From positions 35,092,001 to 35,156,000 of the forward strand of contig OZ024747.1 in NCBI GenBank assembly GCA_964016885.1: 64,000 nt of DNA. Reading direction: 5' to 3'. Every line of letters starts with the position of its first letter. The stretch's first letter is position 1. A program made the translations under genes and the position numbers. The notes beneath the pieces were generated by a model. The model saw only the letters and a list, made by a program, of their open reading frames with translations. It was not told where the DNA came from and searched no databases. Positions 55,901-64,000 of this stretch are shown here, piece by piece. The stretch comes from Eledone cirrhosa (taxonomy: Eukaryota).

Positions 55901-58900
55901 AAATAAACTAATGTCTTTGCTCCAGTATCACTGTTACTGCAACACAAATAAACTAATGTCTTTGCTCCAGTATCACTATTACTGCAACACAAATAAACTA
56001 ATGTATTTACTCCAGTATCACTGTTACTGCAACACAAATAAACTAATGTCTTTGCTCTAGTATCACTGTTACTGCAACACAAATAAACTAATGTATTTAC
56101 TCCAGTATCACTGTTACTGCAACACAAATAAACAAATGTCTTTGCTCCAGTATCACTGTTACTGCAACACAAATAAACTAATGTCTTTGCTCCAGTATCA
56201 CTGTTACTGCAACACAAATAAACTAATGTCTTTACTCCAGTATCACTGTTACTGCAACACAAATAAACTAATGTCTGTACTCCAGTATCACTGTTACTGC
56301 AACACAAATAAACTAATGTCTTTACTCCAGTATCACTGTTACTGCAACACAAATAAACTAATGTCTTTGCTCCAGTATCATTGTTACTGCAACACAAATA
56401 AACTAATGTCTTTACTCCAGTATCACTGTTACTGCAACACAAATAAACTAATGTCTTTGCTCTAGTATCACTGTTACTGCAACACAAATAAACTAATGTA
56501 TTTACTCCAGTATCACTGTTACTGCAACACAAATAAACTAATGTCTTTGCTCCAGTATCACTGTTACTGCAACACAAATAAACTAATGTCTTTGCTCCAG
56601 TATCACTGTTACTGCAACACAAATAAACTAATGTCTTTACTCCAGTATCACTGTTACTGCAACACAAATAAACTAATGTCTTTACTCCAGTATCACTATT
56701 ACTGCAACACAAATAAACTAATGTCTTTACTCCAGTATCACTGTTACTGCAACACAAATAAACTAATGTCTTTACTCCAGTATCACTGTTACTGCAACAC
56801 AAATAAACTAATGTCTTTACTCCAGTATCACTGTTACTGCAACACAAATAAACTAATGTCTTTGCTCCAGTATCACTGTTACTGCAACACAAATAAACTA
56901 ATGTCTTTACTCCAGTATCACTGTTACTGCAACACAAATAAACTAATGTCTTTACTCCAGTATCACTATTACTGCAACACAAATAAACTAATGTCTTTAC
57001 TCCAGTATCACTGTTACTGCAACACGAATAAACTAATGTCTTTACTCCAGTATCACTGTTACTGCAACACAAATAAACTAATGTCTTTACTCCAGTATCA
57101 CTGTTACTGCAACACAAATAAACTAAGGTCTTTACTCCAGTATCACTGTTACTGCAACACAAATATACTAATGTCTTTACTCCAGTATCACTGTTACTGC
57201 AACACAAATAAACTAAGGTCTTTACTCCAGTATCACTGTTACTGCAACGCAAATAAACTAATGTCTTTTCTCCAGTATCACTATTACTGCAACACAAATA
57301 AACTAATGTCTTTGCTCCAGTATCACTGTTACTGCAACACAAATAAACTAATGTATTTACTCCAGTATCAATGTTACTGCAACACAAATAAACTAATGTC
57401 TTTGCTCCAGTATCACTATTACTGCAACACAAATAAACTAATGTCTTTACTCCAGTATCACTGTTACTGCAACGCAAATAAACTAATGTCTTTTCTCCAG
57501 TATCACTATTACTGCAACACAAATAAACTAATGTCTGTACTCCAGTATCACTGTTACTGCAACACAAATAAACTAATGTCTTTACTCCAGTATCACTGTT
57601 ACTGCAACACAAATAAACTAATGTCTTTGCTCCAGTTTCACTGTTACTGCAACACAAATAAACTAATGTCTTTACTCCAGTATCACTGTTACTGCAACAC
57701 AAATAAACTAATGTCTTTACTCCAGTATCACTGTTACTGCAGCACAAATAAACCAATGTCTTTACTCCAGTATCACTGTTACTGCAACACAAATAAACTA
57801 ATGTCTTTGCTCCAGTATCACTGTTACTGCAACACAAATAAACTAATGTCTTTGCTCCAGTATCACTGTTACTGCAACACAAATAAACTAATGTCTTTGC
57901 TCCAGTATCACTGTTACTGCAACACAAATAAACTAATGTCTTTGCTCCAGTATCACTGTTACTGCAACACAAATAAACTAATGTCTTTGCTCCAGTATCA
58001 CTGTTACTGCAACACAAATAAACTAATGTCTTTACTCCAGTATCACTGTTACTGCAACACAAATAAACTAATGTCTTTGCTCCAGTATCACTGTTACTGC
58101 AACATAAATAAACTAATGTCTTTGCTCCAGTATCACTGTTACTGCAACACAAATAAACTAATGTCTTTGCTCCAGTATCACTGTTACTGCAACACAAATA
58201 AAATAATGTCTTTGCTCCAGTATCACTGTTACTGCAGCACAAATAAACCAATGTCTTTACTCCAGTATCACTGTTACTGCAACACAAATAAACTAAGCTC
58301 TTTGCTCCAGTATCACTGTTACTGCAACACAAATAAACTAATGTCTTTGCTCCAGTATCACTGTTACTGCAACACAGATAAAATAATGCCTTTACTCCAG
58401 TATCACTATTATTACTGCAACACAAATAAACTAATGTCTTTGCTCCAGTATCACTGTTACTGCAACACAAATAAACTAATGTCTTTATTCCAGTATCACT
58501 ATTACTGCAACACAAATAAACTAATGTCTGTACTCCAGTATCACTGTTACTGCAACACAAATAAACTAATGTCTTTATTCCAGTATCACTATTACTGCAA
58601 CACAAATAAACTAATGTCTTTACTCCAGTATGACTATTACTGCAACACAAATAAACTAATGTCTTTACTCCAGTATGACTATTACTGCAACACAAATAAA
58701 CTAATGTCTTTACTCCAGTATGACTATTACTGCAACACAAATAAACTAACGTCTTTACTCCAGTATCACTGTTACTGCAACACAAATAAACTAATGTATT
58801 TACTCCAGTATCACTGTTACTGCAACACAAATAAACTAATGTCTTTGCTCCAGTATCACTGTTACTGCAACACAAATAAACTAATGTATTTACTCCAGTA

Positions 58901-61900
58901 TCAATGTTACTGCAACACAAATAAACTAATGTCTTTGCTCCAGTATCACTGTTACTGCAACACAAATAAACTAATGTCTTTGCTCCAGTATCACTATTAC
59001 TGCAACACAAATAAACTAATGTATTTACTCCAGTATCACTGTTACTGCAACACAAATAAACTAATGTCTTTGCTCTAGTATCACTGTTACTGCAACACAA
59101 ATAAACTAATGTATTTACTCCAGTATCACTGTTACTGCAACACAAATAAACAAATGTCTTTGCTCCAGTATCACTGTTACTGCAACACAAATAAACTAAT
59201 GTCTTTGCTCCAGTATCACTGTTACTGCAACACAAATAAACTAATGTCTTTACTCCAGTATCACTGTTACTGCAACACAAATAAACTAATGTCTGTACTC
59301 CAGTATCACTGTTACTGCAACACAAATAAACTAATGTCTTTACTCCAGTATCACTGTTACTGCAACACAAATAAACTAATGTCTTTGCTCCAGTATCATT
59401 GTTACTGCAACACAAATAAACTAATGTCTTTACTCCAGTATCACTGTTACTGCAACACAAATAAACTAATGTCTTTGCTCTAGTATCACTGTTACTGCAA
59501 CACAAATAAACTAATGTATTTACTCCAGTATCACTGTTACTGCAACACAAATAAACTAATGTCTTTGCTCCAGTATCACTGTTACTGCAACACAAATAAA
59601 CTAATGTCTTTGCTCCAGTATCACTGTTACTGCAACACAAATAAACTAATGTCTTTACTCCAGTATCACTGTTACTGCAACACAAATAAACTAATGTCTT
59701 TACTCCAGTATCACTATTACTGCAACACAAATAAACTAATGTCTTTACTCCAGTATCACTGTTACTGCAACACAATTAAACTAATGTCTTTACTCCAGTA
59801 TCACTGTTACTGCAACACAAATAAACTAATGTCTTTACTCCAGTATCACTGTTACTGCAACACAAATAAACTAATGTCTTTGCTCCAGTATCACTGTTAC
59901 TGCAACACAAATAAACTAATGTCTTTGCTCCAGTATCACTGTTACTGCAACATAAATAAACTAATGTCTTTGCTCCAGTATCACTGTTACTGCAACACAA
60001 ATAAACTAATGTCTTTGCTCCAGTATCACTGTTACTGCAACACAAATAAAATAATGTCTTTGCTCCAGTATCACTGTTACTGCAGCACAAATAAACCAAT
60101 GTCTTTACTCCAGTATCACTGTTACTGCAACACAAATAAACTAAGGTCTTTGCTCCAGTATCACTGTTACTGCAACACAAATAAACTAATGTCTTTGCTC
60201 CAGTATCACTGTTACTGCAACACAGATAAAATAATGCCTTTACTCCAGTATCACTATTATTACTGCAACACAAATAAACTAATGTCTTTGCTCCAGTATC
60301 ACTGTTACTGCAACACAAATAAACTAATGTCTTTATTCCAGTATCACTATTACTGCAACACAAATAAACTAATGTCTGTACTCCAGTATCACTGTTACTG
60401 CAACACAAATAAACTAATGTCTTTATTCCAGTATCACTATTACTGCAACACAAATAAACTAATGTCTTTACTCCAGTATGACTATTACTGCAACACAAAT
60501 AAACTAATGTCTTTACTCCAGTATGACTATTACTGCAACACAAATAAACTAATGTCTTTACTCCAGTATGACTATTACTGCAACACAAATAAACTAACGT
60601 CTTTACTCCAGTATCACTGTTACTGCAACACAAATAAACTAATGTATTTACTCCAGTATCACTGTTACTGCAACACAAATAAACTAATGTCTTTGCTCCA
60701 GTATCACTGTTACTGCAACACAAATAAACTAATGTATTTACTCCAGTATCAATGTTACTGCAACACAAATAAACTAATGTCTTTGCTCCAGTATCACTGT
60801 TACTGCAACACAAATAAACTAATGTCTTTGCTCCAGTATCACTATTACTGCAACACAAATAAACTAATGTATTTACTCCAGTATCACTGTTACTGCAACA
60901 CAAATAAACTAATGTCTTTACTCTAGTATCACTGTTACTGCAACACAAATAAACTAATGTATTTACTCCAGTATCACTGTTACTGCAACACAAATAAACA
61001 AATGTCTTTGCTCCAGTATCACTGTTACTGCAACACAAATAAACTAATGTCTTTGCTCCAGTATCACTGTTACTGCAACACAAATAAACTAATGTCTTTA
61101 CTCCAGTATCACTGTTACTGCAACACAAATAAACTAATGTCTGTACTCCAGTATCACTGTTACTGCAACACAAATAAACTAATGTCTTTACTCCAGTATC
61201 ACTGTTACTGCAACACAAATAAACTAATGTCTTTGCTCCAGTATCATTGTTACTGCAACACAAATAAACTAATGTCTTTACTCCAGTATCACTGTTACTG
61301 CAACACAAATAAAATAATGTCTTTGCTCTAGTATCACTGTTACTGCAACACAAATAAACTAATGTATTTACTCCAGTATCACTGTTACTGCAACACAAAT
61401 AAACTAATGTCTTTGCTCCAGTATCACTGTTACTGCAACACAAATAAACTAATGTCTTTGCTCCAGTATCACTGTTACTGCAACACAAATAAACTAATGT
61501 CTTTACTCCAGTATCACTGTTACTGCAACACAAATAAACTAATGTCTTTACTCCAGTATCACTATTACTGCAACACAAATAAACTAATGTCTTTACTCCA
61601 GTATCACTGTTACTGCAACACAAATAAACTAATGTCTTTACTCCAGTATCACTGTTACTGCAACACAAATAAACTAATGTCTTTACTCCAGTATCACTGT
61701 TACTGCAACACAAATAAACTAATGTCTTTGCTCCAGTATCACTGTTACTGCAACACAAATAAACTAATGTCTTTACTCCAGTATCACTGTTACTGCAACA
61801 CAAATAAACTAATGTCTTTACTCCAGTATCACTATTACTGCAACACAAATAAACTAATGTCTTTACTCCAGTATCACTGTTACTGCAACACGAATAAACT

Positions 61901-64000
61901 AATGTCTTTACTCCAGTATCACTGTTACTGCAACACAAATAAACTAATGTCTTTACTCCAGTATCACTGTTACTGCAACACAAATAAACTAAGGTCTTTA
62001 CTCCAGTATCACTGTTACTGCAACACAAATATACTAATGTCTTTACTCCAGTATCACTGTTACTGCAACACAAATAAACTAAGGTCTTTACTCCAGTATC
62101 ACTGTTACTGCAACACAAATAAACTAAGGTCTTTGCTCCAGTATCACTGTTACTGCAACACAAATAAACTAAGGTCTTTACTGCAGTATCACTGTTACTG
62201 CAACACAAATAAACTAATGTCTTTGCTCCAGTATCACTATTAGTGCAACACAAATAAACTAATGTCTTTACTCCAGTATCACTGTTACTGCAACACAAAT
62301 AAACTAATGTCTTTGCTCCAGTATCACTATTAGTGCAACACAAATAAACTAATGGCTTTACTCCAGTATCACTGTTACTGCAACACAAATAAACTAATGT
62401 CTTTGCTCCAGTATCACTGTTACTGCAACACAAATAAACTAATGACTTTACTGCAGTATCACTGTTACTGCAACACAAATAAACTAATGTCTTTACTCCA
62501 GTATCACTGTTACTGCAACACAAATAAACTAATGTCTTTACTGCAGTATCACTGTTACTGCAACACAAATACACTAAGGTCTTTACTCCAGTATCACTAT
62601 TACTGCAACACAAATAAACTAATGTCTTTACTGCAGTATCACTGTTACTGCAACACAAATAAACTAATGTCTTTACTCCAGTATCACTGTTACTGCAACA
62701 CAAATAAACTAAGGTCTTTAATCCAGTATCACTGTTACTGCAACACAAATAAACTAATGTATTTACTCCAGTATCACTGTTACTGCAACACAAATAAACT
62801 AATGTCTTTACTCCAGTATCACTGTTACTGCAACACAAATAAAGTAATGTCTTTACTCCAGTATCACTGTTACTGCAACACAAATAAACTAATGTCTTTA
62901 CTCCAGTATCACTATTACTGCAACACAAGTAAACTAATGTCTTTACTCCAGTATCACTATTATTACTGCAACACAAATAAACTGATGTCTTTACTCCAGT
63001 ATCACTATTACTGCAACACAAATAAACTAATGTCTGTACTCCAGTATCACTGTTAGTGCAACACAAATAAACTAATGTCTTTATTCCAGTATCACTATTA
63101 CTGCAACACAAATAAACTAATGTCTTTACTACAGTATGACTATTACTGCAACACAAATAAACTAATGTCTTTACTCCAGTATCACTATTACTGCAACACA
63201 AATAAACTAATGTCTTTACTCCAGTATCACTGTTACTGCAACACAAATAAACTAATGTCTTTACTCCAGTATCACTGTTACTGCAACACAAATAAACTAA
63301 TGTCTTTACTCCAGTATCACTGTTACTGCAACACAAATAAACTAATGTCTTTACTCCAGTATCACTATTACTGCAACACAAATAAACTAATGTCTTTACT
63401 CCAGTATCACTATTATTACTGCAACACAAATAAACTAATGTCTTTACTCCAGTATCACTATTACTGCAACACAAATAAACTAATGTCTGTACTCCAGTAT
63501 CACTGTTAGTGCAACACAAATAAACTAATGTCTTTATTCCAGTATCACTATTACTGCAACACAAATAAACTAATGTATTTACTACAGTATCACTATTACT
63601 GCAACACAAATAAACTAATGTCTTTACTCCAGTATCACTATTACTGCAACACAAATAAACTAATGTCTTTACTCCAGTATCACTGTTACTGCAACACAAA
63701 TAAACTAATGTCTTTTCTCCAGTATCACTGTTAATGCAACACAAATAAACTAATGTCTTTACTCCAGTATCACTATTACTGCAACACAAATAAACTAATG
63801 TCTGTACTCCAGTATCACTGTTAGTGCAACACAAATAAACTAATGTCTTTATTCCAGTATCACTATTACTGCAACACAAATAAACTAATGTCTTTACTAC
63901 AGTATGACTATTACAGCAACACAAATAAACTAATGTCTTTGCTCCAGTATCACTATTACTGCAACACAAATAAACTAATGTCTTTACTCCAGTATCACTG
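43900..64000. repeat. Satellite domain D: more homogeneous HORs (3336 bp; 1848+3018=4866 bp) containing 48-bp monomers
   Basis: ORF pairs 49104/52440 (3336 = 74x45+6) and 54648/59514 (4866 = 108x45+6). The 124-aa ORF recurs at 50907, 54243, 56091, 59109 and 60957. The actgctacac variant is not seen after ~42780. Confidence 0.88.

Larger units (their letters stand above)
5068..64000. repeat. 45-bp satellite DNA array, ~1,300 head-to-tail monomers, continues past the window end
   Basis: Consensus AATGTCTTTACTCCAGTATCACTGTTACTGCAACACAAATAAACT (33% GC, 4 G versus 11 C on +, no CpG). Monomers differ by about 0-4 substitutions. Single orientation, no inserted foreign sequence seen. Confidence 0.99.

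Noticed and set aside
5167-63734. Plus-strand ORFs (MSLLQYHCYCNTNKL)n resembling Cys/His metal-binding or zinc-finger repeats
   Set aside because: These are translations of the satellite. Common variants (ctctag, ttagtg) introduce frequent stops, there is no C2H2 spacing, and there is no unique flanking coding sequence.
5068-64000. CRISPR-like array
   Set aside because: Monomers are contiguous with no unique spacers, there are no cas genes, and the context is eukaryotic LINE/SINE sequence.
5068-64000. RAG recombination-signal resemblance (CACTGTT ... ACAAATAAA)
   Set aside because: The spacer is 8 nt rather than 12 or 23, both heptamer and nonamer are mismatched, and no gene segments lie between units.
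5068-64000. Telomeric repeat or CENP-B box within the monomer
   Set aside because: There is no TTAGGG/TTAGG unit and no TTCG....A..CGGG motif; the consensus lacks CpG.
5068-64000. Forkhead-type motif ACAAATA (RYAAAYA) in each monomer
   Set aside because: A degenerate 7-mer in A-rich sequence is expected by chance and there is no independent support.

Overview
Eukaryotic, non-genic window with two parts. (1) About 0.3-4.95 kb holds a dead, near-full-length L1/Tx1-clade non-LTR retrotransposon on the + strand: an ORF1-like remnant, ORF2 with APE endonuclease, RT and CCHC zinc finger broken by stops and frameshifts, then a 3' UTR with AATAAA. It is directly followed by the 3' half of a SINE that I recognise from memory as octopus-type, so the source is probably an octopod (inference). 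(2) From about 5068 to the window end runs one uninterrupted head-to-tail 45-bp satellite of roughly 1,300 monomers, consensus AATGTCTTT(A/G)CTCCAGTATCACT(G/A)TTACTGCAACACAAATAAACT. Shared point variants split it into a divergent edge and three internal domains with nested higher-order repeats (1530, 1980, 4548, 1800+1845=3645, 3336 and 1848+3018=4866 bp). The very long Cys-rich ORFs in the track arise because the 45-bp monomer is stop-free in one frame on each strand; I do not call them genes. I found no intact gene, RNA gene or CRISPR array and no clearly new system. The best leads are the layered HOR architecture, several frequent variants that are synonymous in the minus-strand frame, and splice-site-like and poly(A) motifs in every monomer.
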